Assembly (NCBI RefSeq): GCF_006345805.1
Contig: NC_043005.1
Coordinates: 95,418,001-95,482,000 of the forward strand
DNA length: 64,000 nt
Origin: Octopus sinensis
Lineage: Eukaryota
Direction of reading: 5' to 3'
The notes under the pieces were generated by a model. It was not told the DNA's origin. It did no database searches and saw only the letters and a list, made by a program, of their open reading frames with translations. How positions within the stretch are numbered: position 1 is the stretch's first letter; the number at the start of each line of letters is the position of its first letter. Shown one piece after another: positions 51,811 to 64,000 of the stretch. The position numbers were made by a program, and so were the translations under genes.

Positions 51811-51937
<127 letters not shown>

Positions 51938-52088
51938 GGTAGAGGAATAAAAAGAAGTATCTCAAATATTTATTTCTGAATCAATGGTTTGATCAGAGGT
52001 GTCCTCAAAATACTTGAACTTCACAATCAAATATGGCGAGCAAAAAAATCGGACGAAATCACTTCTTTTCTAAACAAACAACTGCAAA

Positions 52089-52119
<31 letters not shown>

Positions 52120-52222
52120 ATAGACCAATGATGATGTCACTGTTCAATAGCAACTGCAACAATGATGATCTCAACGATGATAATAACTATAGTTACAATA
52201 GCAAAAGAGGAAACCTCTACAT

Positions 52223-52519
52223 CAGGGGTTCTCAACCATTTTTTATCTATGAACCCCTTTCATTAGTATTTTATCCCAAGGACACCCATAAAAAACTAGT
52301 TTTATAGAAACTTCTTCCAAAATTCTTTTTTGTTTTTCACGCATTGACATGTATCGGTTGAACTATGTGAAATGTTAGAGAAAGAAGCCTAGCTGTTTCT
52401 TGCAATACATACCAATACATACATCTAATGTAAAAAAAATACTACTGTGGATCTCTAATTTATTTTTTTGTTGCGTGGACCCCTAAAACTCTTATATGGA
52501 CTGCAATTGAGAACCTCTG
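52223..52519. mobile_element. hAT (Charlie-like) MITE
   Basis: TIRs caggggttctcaa...ttgagaacctctg. The 8-bp flanks ctctacat and ctttacgt match at 6/8, consistent with a TSD. Confidence 0.8.
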
Positions 52520-53456
52520 CTTTACGTTATCGTTTTACCTTGTAGAGACAGAACCTAGTTTTCACTCAAATCACATCATATTTAGGTTCTTTTTAAAAAC
52601 ATAATGAAGTGTTTATATAGTGTTGTCTTTGTAAAACTTAAAAAGACAAGATAGCCGTAGCCGGAATACTTTTGATTATAAGATTGTCCAATCAGAATTG
52701 ACATGCGGTAAATCGAGACCAATACGAGGCAATGTGTAATTCATTGTGTGGTCAATTAACATGCTAGAAATAACAGTAGAATCTCTCTCAAATCACGCCC
52801 TTACCATGAATACGAGGCTCCTGAACATAGAATTAATAAGATGAAATAGTCACGACTGGAGTGGTTTTGCTCACGACTCTGATCAAATATGTCTCACCAT
52901 TAACTATGCCCGTCGCTAACGAGATGCACTGAACGGCACTGGTTCTTCATTATTCAATGGTGCGCCCCCAGATTATAAAAAAAAATACAGTTTACAAAAA
53001 TCTTCCCGAAATACAAACTTGTGTCTACACAGAATATTCTGAAGAAACATTCCACCCTCAGCCCGGACACCAAAGTTTGACGACGGGTCTGCCAGTAACG
53101 ATGATAACGACACAAATAGTAATAACAATAACAACAGCAACAGTAACAACAGAATCAATGAAGGTGACTTCAAGAGAATCAAATTAAGCCAGTTAGTGTT
53201 AATAATATGCTTCGAAAAGGCATGCGAGCCAGAAAAATAAGAACAATAGCAACACAAGTTAAAACAACAACGATATCGATTGAAAACAACAATAACAAAA
53301 ATAGAAGCAGCTCCAGCGTTCTTCTGGCTGTAGCTCATCAGTGTTACGGTGACGAGGGGATGCTCATCTGTCAGATATTAAGATAACACTGACAGATTGA
53401 TAACACAAATACATACGGATATCACTGACTAAAAGGCCATCACTGATATGCAGACA

Positions 53457-53495
<39 letters not shown>

Positions 53496-53686
53496 CTTTT
53501 TAGGATTTTAGGAACGTGATTCTCGAAGCAAATAAAGCTATAAATAACAGCGAGTAAATATCGGGTTTAAAATCCTTTGGATAAAAAAGTGGTAAACTGC
53601 CCGTGCGACCCGAACCCACATCTTTCAAAAAAGAATCATTTCATGTTCTCAAAGTTTCTAAATTTTTATCACGTCAACAACATATT

Positions 53687-53719
<33 letters not shown>

Positions 53720-53723
<4 letters not shown>

Positions 53724-54735
53724 TATCCGAAGTGCACAATATTATATATCCTTTACGGCTGATCTTACCAGTCAGTTTCGCGCTGGGGATTCAATGCTCG
53801 TCAGAGGTAGCCGATATGGAATGAAATATGGCGACTGCTCTCTATTTTCAGAGGTGAATAGACACATCCGGTTTGCGGTTGCTGTGAAAAGATGGTGAAA
53901 CGAAACGAGTTGGGGATTAAGTTTGGAGTTATATCCCCTGGTTCTGAAACATTGCCACTGGGGTGTTTATGTTGCAAGTCGGTAAGAGTTATCTTAAAGT
54001 GATTGTGGGAAATGTGTTCGTCCTTAAGGTTGGTGTTCTTGTGGAAATGGAATATGTGTAGTGATATTATGTGTATAACCTTTGCAGGTGATGTGGGCAT
54101 ATGCACCTGTGTTCGTTAGGGTGTTTTCTTTCTTTAATGTATTGGCGCAGCACCAGCAAGGTCATTACATGGTTTTAAACCAATAACGGAAGGAGTAGAG
54201 CTAGGTTTATCCAATTTGATACGGTGGATTTTTATTCATCAATATTGAGGTAGCTCCTTTTTAAGGCACTGGACTTCACTAGGGCCTGCACTGAAGTCAG
54301 TGACGAGGACATACGCATTATCATGCACGCCAGAAGAACCCTACTTTTCAGTAAGGGGTCGGCCTGGGCCAAACGAACTGATCCAGCAGGTTCCTTCGAC
54401 AGTGCTGACGTGTGTGACCACGTTGGTTTCTTCATCCTAGATGTACTTAAAGGGAGATCCCCTTCAACTAGCGTTGGCCTCTACGCGCTGGCAATATCCA
54501 GTGTGACAAACGACCACACGCTAGATAAGCTAAGAAAGGACCTCACCAGCACCATAAACACTCTTGGACTGAAGCTCATGATTGAAGCCAACCTGAAAAC
54601 GATGGATTTCTTTGGTATGACCCTGGACTTGGAGTCCAGTGCCTATAGACCCTTTAGGAAGCCAAACGAGAAGCTATCATACATTAACACAGGTTCCTGT
54701 CATCCAGCCATAGTTTTCATGAACCTGGAAAATGC
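53720..54735. mobile_element. Degenerate PLE: inverted 3' end (-, ~53720-54200) joined to RT fragment (+, ~54220-54735)
   Basis: Motifs FYSSI, ARRTLLF, GSFDSADVCDHVG, DFFGMTLDL..AYRPFRKPNEKLSYINTGSCHP. Same type as the 11790 and 14043 elements. Confidence 0.8.
53756..53813 (-). ncRNA. Type I hammerhead ribozyme (canonical core)
   Basis: Minus strand reads cggctacct-CTGACGA-gcattgaatccccagcgc-GAAA-ctgactg-GTA-agatcagccg. It lies in an inverted PLE 3' end. Confidence 0.78.
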
Positions 54736-54785
54736 TTTTCAAGCAAAGATAATTGTTGTTATGGCGCATTTGTGTGGCGTTAAGG

Positions 54786-55132
54786 TTAATGGAAATCATG
54801 GAGACCATATCTGCAAGTAGTATACCCATCATGACTACCCGTCTGATAAGGGTACACAAGGCACATGCATCACAACCATATGTGCGTGACATGGTGATCT
54901 CATATCAAGATAAACAGCACATGACCTTGCAGGTGGGGCCCAGTTAGAATTTTCTTCTAGTCGAGTAACCCATCCTGCTCAAAAGGTCCCTGAATAAGGG
55001 TTGTTTAAGGATGTTGAACGAAACACCCATGTTTCCAGAGGTGAATTATTCAAACCCCAAAGAATCCCTCTCAACACATGGTTATGATGCTCCCCCACTA
55101 CTTCTGTTCATGACCAGAGATGCACATATCCT
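54786..55132 (+). repeat. 347-bp direct repeat, copy 1 (unclassified)
   Basis: Near-identical to 58495-58841. Confidence 0.9.
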
Positions 55133-55325
55133 CAGCCACTGAGGGACATGCTAAACTGGTTAAGGTCAAACAACTTACAAGCAAATCTGTGGTATTGAGC
55201 AGGATATTTGCTGTAGCCCAACTTTTATACCAAGACAAAACAATGAACATGATAACACTTCCAATCAGTTAAGATCAGAAGTCACGAGAGTCACTGTCGT
55301 GGCATTTATTATTATTATTATTATT

Positions 55326-55363
<38 letters not shown>

Positions 55364-55379
55364 TATTATTATTATTATT

Positions 55380-56984
55380 CAGTAGTTTTATTTTTATAGC
55401 GTGCTTTCACTTCACTACCGAGCGCAGCTCTGTGTGCCTTGGGTATGTGCTGTGATTTGTTGTGATGCTCTGATGGTTATTGTATGGAAAGTGTTCTGCG
55501 TAGGATGTGTGCAGTGCCCTGTAGTGCAATTTTCTGTATGTTATATGTGTTTGTAAGTCCTGGTGTTTTTGTTATGTATTTGTTTGAATCTTTTTTTATC
55601 ATGCCTAATGCACCTACTATAATAGGAATTGTTTTTGTTTTTAGATTCCACATTCTGGTTACCTCTATTTCCAGGTCTTTGTATTTTGAAAGTTTCTCCA
55701 TTTCTTTTAGAGACACGTTGTCATCTGCTGGTATTGATACATCAATTAGAAAGCATTTTTTCCTTCATGATCTCTAACAACTATATCTGGTCTGTTGGCT
55801 TTAATTTCTCTATCTGTGTGTATCGGCATATCCCAGAGCATGGTTGCTTTCTCGTTTTCTGTGACCTTTTCTGGTGTGTGCCTATACCATCTTTTTTCTG
55901 TTGTTATTCCATAATGTCGGCATAGCTTCCGGTGTATGTAGGTCCCAACTCTGTCGTGTCTGTGAATATATTCCTTCTTAGCCAGGACTGGGCAGCCAGA
56001 GATAATATGATTTATTGTTTCTTGTCCATGTCCACATATTCTGCAGTTACTTGTTATATTTCTTTTCATTACATGTTTTTGGTAATTTCTGGTGGGGAGG
56101 CTTTGGTCTTGTGCTGCAATTAAAAATCCCTCTGTCTCTGCTTTGAGTCTTGAGCTTCTCAACCATAGCTGGGATTTTTCTTTGTCTATTTCTTTTGCAT
56201 TTAGTTTAGTCCAGTATTTGCCGTGAAGGTGCTTTTCTTGCCATCATTTTATCATGGTTCGTTGCTGTTCTAGTTTTAGTTTGGATTTCATTCCTTTTAT
56301 AGCTTTTGTTGTTTCTTCATCTTCTTCTTCTTCTTATGACAAATACAAACAAGAAATCATACCACCTAACAAAGGTGGTATGATTTCTTGTTTGTATTTG
56401 TCAGCTTCCTTAAATACTGAGAACAGTTTTTTGTTTTGCTCATGTTTTGTAGCTATTTGTATCAGTTTTCCTTCCTTCTGAAGTAGATATTTTTGCAGTC
56501 CTATGGTGGTTATTTTATAGTAGTTTTCTAGCTGTATAAGGCCTCTACCACCTTCTATACGTTGTATATATAGCCTTTCTATGTCAGATTTTGTGTGATG
56601 CATCCTAGATCCTGTCATTATTCTTGTTTTCCTATCTATTTTGGTCAGTTCATTTAGTGTCCAGTTAAGGATATTGTAGCTGTAACTTATAACTGGGACG
56701 GCTAAAGTGTTAATATCTATTATCTTGTTTTTAGCATTGAGCTCTTTTTTTAGTATTGATCTAACTCGTCTATAGTATTCTTTTTTTTTATTTTCACTTT
56801 CATTTGTGTGTGTTGTGTCTTATCTAGTTCATGGATTCCTAAGTATTTGTAAGTTTGGCGTTGGTCTAATTCTTTTATTTCGTTGGTTTTATCTAGTGTG
56901 ATGTTGCTACTCTTAACTAGTTTTCCTCTTTTCAGGGTTACTTTGGCACATTTTTCTAATCCAAATTTCATATCTATTTCTTTG
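55380..56984 (-). mobile_element. 5'-truncated R4/Dong-type retrotransposon (RT end, CCHC knuckle, REL) in (TAA)n
   Basis: Motifs MKFGLEKCA, YKYLG, RLY..R.EGGRGL, ETEGFLIAAQDQ, CRICGHGQETINHIISGC, RHDRV, NRPDIVV and KYKDLE. (TTA)n on both sides. Confidence 0.93.
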
Positions 56985-57056
<72 letters not shown>

Positions 57057-57386
57057 TGTCAGTTTGAAAACCATTGCTTCAAGGTTCAAGACCCGCACCA
57101 GAGTTGTGTATGTGTGGATGGAGGAAAGAGAGAGAAAGAGGGGAACAAAAAGAAAAACCGGAAGCGTAGAAAATATAAAAGGGAAACAAAAATAAATGTG
57201 TAAAAGGACGAGGGAAAGAATGAAAGAGAAATAAGAGATGGTGTTTATCTTGGTGTATCGCAAATGATACAATGGTTTTGTGTATGGCGGGATTATATTT
57301 GTAAGAGACAGACGGGAAAAGCAAACAGGAATAAGCAATAGAAAGTAAAGAGACTGAGGCTATAGAACATACTTGAAACAGATAGA

Positions 57387-57423
<37 letters not shown>

Positions 57424-57870
57424 TAGACAGACAGACAGACAGACAGAGAGAAGAGGTACAAAGAACAGGATGCATAAAGAGTGTTTGTTATGGAAGAGTG
57501 CAAAACACTACACGTGTGTGTTTGTGCGTGTGTGTACTTATATATGAGTGGTATTAGAAATAGTTTATTCTGAGAGTGGCGTACAAATTTATAAAGATTA
57601 ATTGGAAGATAGAGAAAGAGTAGAAGTTAAAATGTTGAAAAAAATTATGGTTATGGACCGAGAGGGGAAATGAAAATGCAAAAATGGATAGAGGTGAAGT
57701 GATGGAAGAATAAATGCTTTCTTTGGGAGAGTAGAAATAGCTAAAATATTCCAATCAAAACAGTTGTAGTCATAAATATAAGAAAACGTTTAAAAAATAA
57801 AGCAAGATGAAAAATATTTACAATAAAATAAAATAAAGCAAAGTGAAAAGTTTGCAAAAATATTTATTTA

Positions 57871-58268
57871 ACTCTTTTACTTGTTTCAGTCATTTGACTG
57901 TGACCATGATGGAGCATCGCCTTTAGTTGAGCAAATCAACCCCAGGACTTATTCTTTATAAGCTTAGTACTTATTCTATCGGTCTCTTTGGCCGATCAGC
58001 TAGGTTACAGGGACGTAAACACACCAGCATCGGTTGTCAAGCGATGTTGTGGGGACAAACACACACACATACACACACATATATATATATATATATAAAT
58101 ATATACGACGGGCTTCTTTCAGTTTCCATCTACTAAATCCACTCACAAGGCTATGGTCGGCCCGAGGCTATAGTAGAAGACACTTGCCCAAGGTGCCATG
58201 CAGTGGGACTGAACCCGGAACCATGTGGTTCATAAGCAAGCAACTTACCACACAGCCACTCCTACGCC
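57871..58268 (-). mobile_element. SINE family A copy
   Basis: Reverse complement of family A. Further partial or diverged copies lie at ~640-815(-), 3040-3235(+), 13175-13330(-), 17800-17940(+), 43595-43720(-) and 50905-51080(-). Confidence 0.85.
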
Positions 58269-58494
58269 TATACATTTTTTTAAAAATAAATACAGCAAAC
58301 GAAACCATTGGTAATAAAATAAATAAAATAGAGTCAAGTAAAGTAGAAAAGTTCAAAATATTTAGTAGACAAAAAGCAAGTCCTTTTGACGATAGTGAGA
58401 AAAATACTCACAAAGAGAGAGACATGACAGTTTACTAAAATGTTGCAATCGTGTATGAAAGGCCTTAGAATAACCTTTAGCTATTAGAGAGATA

Positions 58495-58841
58495 TTAATG
58501 GAAATCATGGAGACCATATCTGCAAGTAGTATACCCATCATGACTACCCGTCTGATAAGGGTACACTAGGCACATGCATCACAACCATATGTGCGCGACA
58601 TGATGATCTCATATCAAGATAAACAGCACATGACCTTGCAGGTGGGACCCAGTTAGAATTTTCTTCTAGTCGAGTAACCCATCCTGCTCAAAAGGTCCCT
58701 GAATAAGGGTTGTTTAAGGATGTTGAACGAAACACCCATGTTTCCAGAGGGGAAATATTCAAACCCCAAAGAATCCCTCTCAACACATGGTTATGATGCT
58801 CCCCCACTACTTCTGCTCATGATCAGAGATGCACATATCCT
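58495..58841 (+). repeat. 347-bp direct repeat, copy 2
   Basis: Near-identical to 54786-55132. Confidence 0.9.
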
Positions 58842-59215
58842 TAGACCAAATGCGAGTTACGTAAAGTACATAACTGCATGGGGTTTCCAAAAACAGCAAC
58901 GAAGAATTTCGAGGAAATGACAAAAAGATTAAAGCTATTTCGCCTATTGATTGCAAAATATTCAGCCTGTAAGTAGGCTGAGGCTTCTTAGTATAAACAT
59001 ATTGATGACGCCATTTTGAGACCATCACATTCCTAGAATTCAACAGATTGCCAGGAGCTACCAAGATGAAGAATTCATCAATGATACATATATTCAACAT
59101 GATCCGGAATTTATAGAATATTAATTAGAAACTGTACGACAGACAACAGTTTATGAAAAATTATAATGCTTTCGTTTTTTTTTTTTAGTTACCATACGTC
59201 TTGCAAGAGGGAATC

Positions 59216-59309
<94 letters not shown>

Positions 59310-59486
59310 CACTGGTTATCTAAAAGAATAATAATATATTTACTTTTGAAGGTACGCTGTTAAGCTCAAGTAGGTACGTCTGGTTTACCAGCTTTATTTG
59401 ACACAGAATACCCATCCCATCAAGGAAACATAAGCTAATGCTAGCACAATCATACTGGTGTTAACGGGCGGAATAGTGTTTCTTAC

Positions 59487-59533
59487 TTCCTTTTGTTGAT
59501 ACCAGATAGCAAACTCTTGATATTTTAGTATAG
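59487..59533 (-). CDS. Candidate 47-bp exon (AILKYQEFAIWYQQKE)
   Basis: Acceptor tttatctacag| and donor |gtaaga. Phase 1 start matches the 63623 exon; phase 0 end. Confidence 0.4.
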
Positions 59534-59679
59534 CTGTAGATAAATGTTCCATGTTTCTGTCAAAAATCTTGTTGCACCTATGGCTTAATAAGTATTTTAT
59601 CAAGTTTAAGAAAGTTGTGGGAAATATTGGAAGCTACTCATAGTATCCATCTATGGCGGGTAAAATTTCCGAGATCCAT

Positions 59680-61500
59680 GGACGAGTTCTCACCAGCGGG
59701 TTCTGTCCCTCATCATCGCTGCTATGTCCTGTGTCTCCCAGAGACCAGTCTCTGTCCTTAGGGCATCAACATTTGTCATCTTCGGTCTCCCCCTTCTAGT
59801 TTATCCGTGAAGGGGCTCCCACAGGAACACTGAGTCCAGTATCAACTCAGGATGACAGTGAGCATGTCCAGCTAACCTCAGTCTCCCCTGTATTATTTTA
59901 GAGCTAACTATTGAGAGGCTCTCGTACAGCTGTGAGTTCTTCATCCTCGGTGTATACTGATTAATGTTCAAAGCCATCCTCAGCATTCTCGTGTAGCACC
60001 CATCCACCACCTGAGTGAGTTTCTTGGTCAGTGTCCAAGTCTCAAACCCGTACAACGGCACAAACTCCACTGCAGCAAGGAAGAGACGGATCTCTAGGTC
60101 TTTAGGAAGGTTCGACTTCCATACAGATCTCAAACTGTGGCATACCGCCCAGGCTTCCTCTCAACAATATCACTCTCTGTGTTCCCAATCTTTGCTCCCA
60201 GATACAGGAAGTCCTCACCCAATCCTAGTGGCTTCCCGCCAACATTCGTAATCTTCTCTGGCTTCCTAATGTTCTCTACCAGATACTTCGTCTTAGTTTC
60301 ATTCATTTTCAGCCCAACACTACGTTGTCAGCAAATTCAGCATTTGATATCTTTTTAGCCTTGACCCTCCTGCTCTGAGCAGGCACTACAGTAAATCCAT
60401 AGTCCCGGCGTTTCTCCAACGCAAAGCGCATATCACAGTCCACAACAATGATAAAAAGGTAGGGAACCAATGTATCTCCCTGAAGCACTCCAGACAGTAT
60501 CTCAAAGAATTCCGTCATCTCATCAGATGTAATGACTTGGGCTCTTGGTGTTGCTGTAGAGTAGTGGTAATAGGTCCACTATCTTCTTGCGGATTCCATA
60601 AGCCTGTAAGATCATCATCAGGCAGTGACGGCCCACAGAATCAAAGGCCTTCCTAAAGTCGATGTAAACCATGACAGCAGGAAGACTCTTTGCTCTAGCT
60701 CCCTCTAATATCCTCCTCAGCATTAAGATGTGACTGGTGGTTGATCTTCCCTCTATGAAGCTTTTCTGGTTGTCCTGGAGTTTCTTCTCCATCTCGGGTT
60801 GGATCCTATTAAGAATCATCCTGTTGAGGGTCTTTGCCACGAATGACATCAGTGAGATCTCCTTGTAGTTGTTGGTGTTAGAGAGATCTCCCTACTTTGT
60901 CACTGGCACGCTGTTACTGATCCTCCACTGATTTGGGGCAATTCCTTTTTCCAGTACCTGATTACAGAACTCCAGGACGATACCATCAAAATCACTCCTC
61001 TTCATCACCTCTGGTGCTACTCCATAGTCTCCATAGGCCTTGTCCTCCTTGATCTTCCTCTTGGCTCTCTGAAGCTCCTCTTAGACGAAGGGTCCTGTCT
61101 CAATATCCAGTTCCTCAAACAGCTGCCTGATCTCCCCAGTGTCCTGGGTTGTGGAAGGTGGCTCTCCCAGTAGGGTCTTAAAATGGTCCAGCCATTTACT
61201 CTTCCTATCCTCGGGCCCTGTTCCCTGAATCTGAGTCGAACTCCCTCTTTTCCTCCGTGTGATCTTGTTGATGATCGACCAGCTCTCTTTACCCCTACAC
61301 CCGTCAACCGCTCTCTCCATACTTCTGATCTTCTTTATCAGTGCCTCTTCTCTGGCCTCAGTGTAAGCAGTACAGAGTTCTTCCTTCATTACCTCCACAT
61401 TCTCCTTCCTCTCCTCCGTAGGATCAGCAAGGAATTGGTCCTTGGCTGCTTTCAGATGTTCTCTAGCTGCACACACTTTTGGATCTGTATACCCATTGTA
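59680..61500 (-). mobile_element. Degenerate RTE-group LINE RT fragment
   Basis: Motifs AKTLNRMILNRI, GRSTTSHI..LRRILEG, YIDFRKAFDSV, GVLQGDTLVPYLF, FADN, LYGFETWTL and RLRLAGH. Frameshifted. Confidence 0.9.
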
Positions 61501-62069
61501 TGAAAGAGGATTAAACCCCATAATATTGCATTTACGTGACTTTTTTTAATACAAAAAAAGACATTGCAGAGTTTTATGTGTCCTTACAATAATGCTGGAA
61601 GTTATTGTAATTCTTAAATTAAAATCGTTGAATGCATTAATAAAATCGTTTCAACTCTTATCAAACAGACGGTTCATATGACGAGAAATTAACAGGCTAT
61701 CTTTTCTATAAAGGCCAAAATCTGTGAGGTTGAATTTCTTCTAGATATATAATCCTACAAACTCACAAATCTCAGCTACTTCATACGATCCTAGAAAACT
61801 CAAAACCTCGCGTAAATATTCCATCTTTCTGTATCTCGCTCGCTCTTCCCAGCCTCGTTATGCATTTATTTATTATTTTTTTTTATGTATCAACTCTTCC
61901 ACTTTCTGTCACTTCGTCCTTCTGTTTTCCATTCTCTTTCTTTCTCCCTTTTCTCTCGTTGTACTTTCTCTCTGTCTTCACTTATATAACGATATGTTAC
62001 TCAACCGTCACATTTGCGCGAATACATTTTTATAACAATATATATATATATCTATATATATATATATAT

Positions 62070-62265
62070 ATAAGGAAATGGAGGAACAGATTCATTTCAA
62101 TCATCGACTTACAGATATTACCAATTCATATTATTTGTTAACTACATAAATAGGAACATCCAAATCCAACAAAACATGTTCCTATTTAAGTAGTTAATAA
62201 ATAATATGAATTGGTAATATCTGTAAGTCGATGATTGAAATGAATATGTTCCTCCATTTTCTTAT
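62070..62265. repeat. Fold-back, 90-bp arms and 16-bp loop, abutting (TA)n
   Basis: 62070-62159 pairs with 62176-62265. The terminus ataag(a/g)aaatggag is shared with the 25812 element. Confidence 0.9.
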
Positions 62266-62269
62266 TTGT

Positions 62270-62385
62270 AGAGCTTTAAGTGTTTTCACTCAATAAACAC
62301 ACACAACGCCCGGTTTGGGAATCGAAACCGCGATCTTCCGACTGCGAGTCTGCTGCCCTAACCACTGGGCCATTGCGCCTCCACA
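62270..62385 (-). mobile_element. tRNA-derived SINE head, family C
   Basis: Minus strand reads ggaggcgcaatggcccagtggttagggcagc...ggtttcgattccc, which contains A and B boxes. Confidence 0.7.
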
Positions 62386-62699
62386 TTATATATATCTATA
62401 CAAACATGTATATACATATGCATATATGTATACATACATATATAAATAAATATATATGTATGTATGTATGTATGTATGCATGTATGTGTGTGTACGTATG
62501 TATGTATGTATGTATGTATGCATGCATGCATGCATGTATGTATGTATGTAACAGAAGTAACAGAAGATTATATATGATATAACAGAACTTAGAAAAAAGA
62601 GGCGTCACTCGCATATGGGTATGCCATCAGGGACTTCTCGTGTTTCCCTTTTGAATATGAGTGTGACCAATACATTAGTTTATAAAAACAAGAATATCT

Positions 62700-62990
62700 A
62701 CTTTTATCGCTTTTCCACGTACAAACATATCAATCAGAAAGATGTTGAAAAGTTCTCGTTAAACAGCGTTAAAAGCCTTTGGCGGATGTGTATACACAAT
62801 GAATTCTTGCTGTTGCGCCTTGCATTTCTCTTGGAGTTACCTAGTCACGAAAGCATATTGATACAACCTCAACCCACGAGGAAGTTATCCTGTGACTCTA
62901 GAGTGATGTTGTCTGGTATTAAGTAGGCAGTATTTTGAGTTTGACTTTGGCCAATACCCTCCAAGCAACGAATAGGAGTGCTATGTCTGT
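62700..62990 (-). mobile_element. Old RTE RT remnant
   Basis: Minus strand reads LESQDNF.VG*GCINM..VTR*LQEKCK.QQQE, resembling the conserved RT segment of the 5-8 kb RTE. Confidence 0.6.
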
Positions 62991-63622
62991 GATGGTGGAG
63001 GATATACAGAGTTTGATTAATAGATAAAAATAGCAGTAGTGTAATTCACCCAAATAATATTCCGAACAATTTTAAAACATACTTAATGATATTGTATCGT
63101 GTTTAAAATAATATTTAGAGTAAAATTTAATATCATATCATAAGAGACCAAGGGAGTCCATTGTCATACTTATGACTAGTGGAGACGATGGTGGGGGAAT
63201 AGTGAACAAAATTTTTCCAGAGTGGCAACAACAGTAGGAGATTTTATTCTAACAGGTCACAGTTCTAAAGATGACGAGAATGTCACCTCGTGCCCGGTCT
63301 CGAAAATGAACGACCAGGAAATAACGAGAGGAAGGGGTGAGGATGTAAAATAAAGATTTCCAATCTGTCAGATAGGGTTCGAAAAAGTAGAAGACCTCGA
63401 AAAAGAAGGACGAACTTGAGCAGAAGACAACCTGAGAGAGTGAGAAGGAGACCTCTTCTCTGACTGACGACGGTGAAAACGATATGAGATTCACGGTCCT
63501 ACGAAGGACGAGCAAGTACCTCATAAACAGAATGATAGATATTGCTTAGATTTGTTAATTACGGAAAGTAGGGCCAGTATACAGACCTTTAGTAAAAACA
63601 GTAGAACAATATTACCACATAC

Positions 63623-63838
63623 CATGGTTGAATATCCAGAAAACGTTAGTTGTCTCTTGTTTTGCCTCATTCCACACAAAAGATTTTTTGCAAGTTATTA
63701 TGAGTGCAGCGAGCTCCAGTTTGAACTGTGATAGGTGGGACGAGACATGGGGCTGCTCTAACCCGTTGTAACTAGTGAGGTCAGTTGGTTCTAATCCATT
63801 GTGAAGGTAGAAAACAAACCTAATTTTTTCCCAAGATA
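63623..63838 (-). CDS. Candidate 216-bp exon (LSWEKIRFVFYLHNGLEP...VFWIFNH)
   Basis: 72 open codons, phase 1-1, donor G|gtatgt. The acceptor (aaag|) is weak. Confidence 0.45.
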
Positions 63839-63917
63839 CTTTTTAAATAATATTTTTATTATATGTGTTGCATGTTTCTTTAAACACTTTATTCACTATT
63901 TGTTTGTTTTTACTTAC

Positions 63918-63995
63918 ATTTTTGAAGTGCCTTCTTGATATAATATTTCAGAAACACCTTCAGTACTTCATTTTGATATAAACTTGCTTGTTCAT
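63918..63995 (-). CDS. Candidate 78-bp exon (EQASLYQNEVLKVFLKYYIKKALQK)
   Basis: Donor T|gtaagt, phase compatible with the next exon across a 79-bp intron. The acceptor lies at the window edge. Confidence 0.4.
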
Positions 63996-64000
63996 CTTAT

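Noticed and set aside
54786-58841. LTR retrotransposon
   Set aside because: The repeats lack TG...CA ends, PBS/PPT and a TSD, and the interior consists of unrelated insertions.
63260-63310. tgacgag...ctcgaaa hammerhead-like string
   Set aside because: C3 is missing and there is no stem I or III. The region is better explained as a decayed minus-strand PLE linker (FRDRARGDILV).

Overview
This is AT-rich, microsatellite-dense animal DNA, not prokaryotic. Its repeat content resembles an octopus-like mollusc, which is my inference and not a database result. Most short ORFs in the track are microsatellite translation artefacts. Mobile elements dominate: a nearly intact RTE LINE (4.75-8.7 kb), a full-length CR1-group LINE (ORFs at 32.95-36.9 kb), many Penelope-like element (PLE) pieces, two R4/Dong-type fragments in (TAA)n, two mariners, a pogo-like transposase, a small Helitron, a hAT MITE and several tRNA-derived SINE families. 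The CR1-group LINE has an ORF1 with a Myb/SANT-like domain plus a CCCH finger, and is preceded by a 3-kb higher-order tandem array of about 38 copies of a ~38-bp core. The most striking non-coding signal is a cluster of hammerhead-ribozyme motifs: canonical, U4C and U3-A8 variants, one with a ~96-nt stem-II insertion, and a permuted family. Several sit in fold-back or pseudo-LTR structures inserted in (TA)n. Other fold-back elements share a different, non-hammerhead motif. A few phase-compatible candidate exons suggest a minus-strand host gene with very large TE-filled introns. All coordinates and folds were read by eye; no searches were run.
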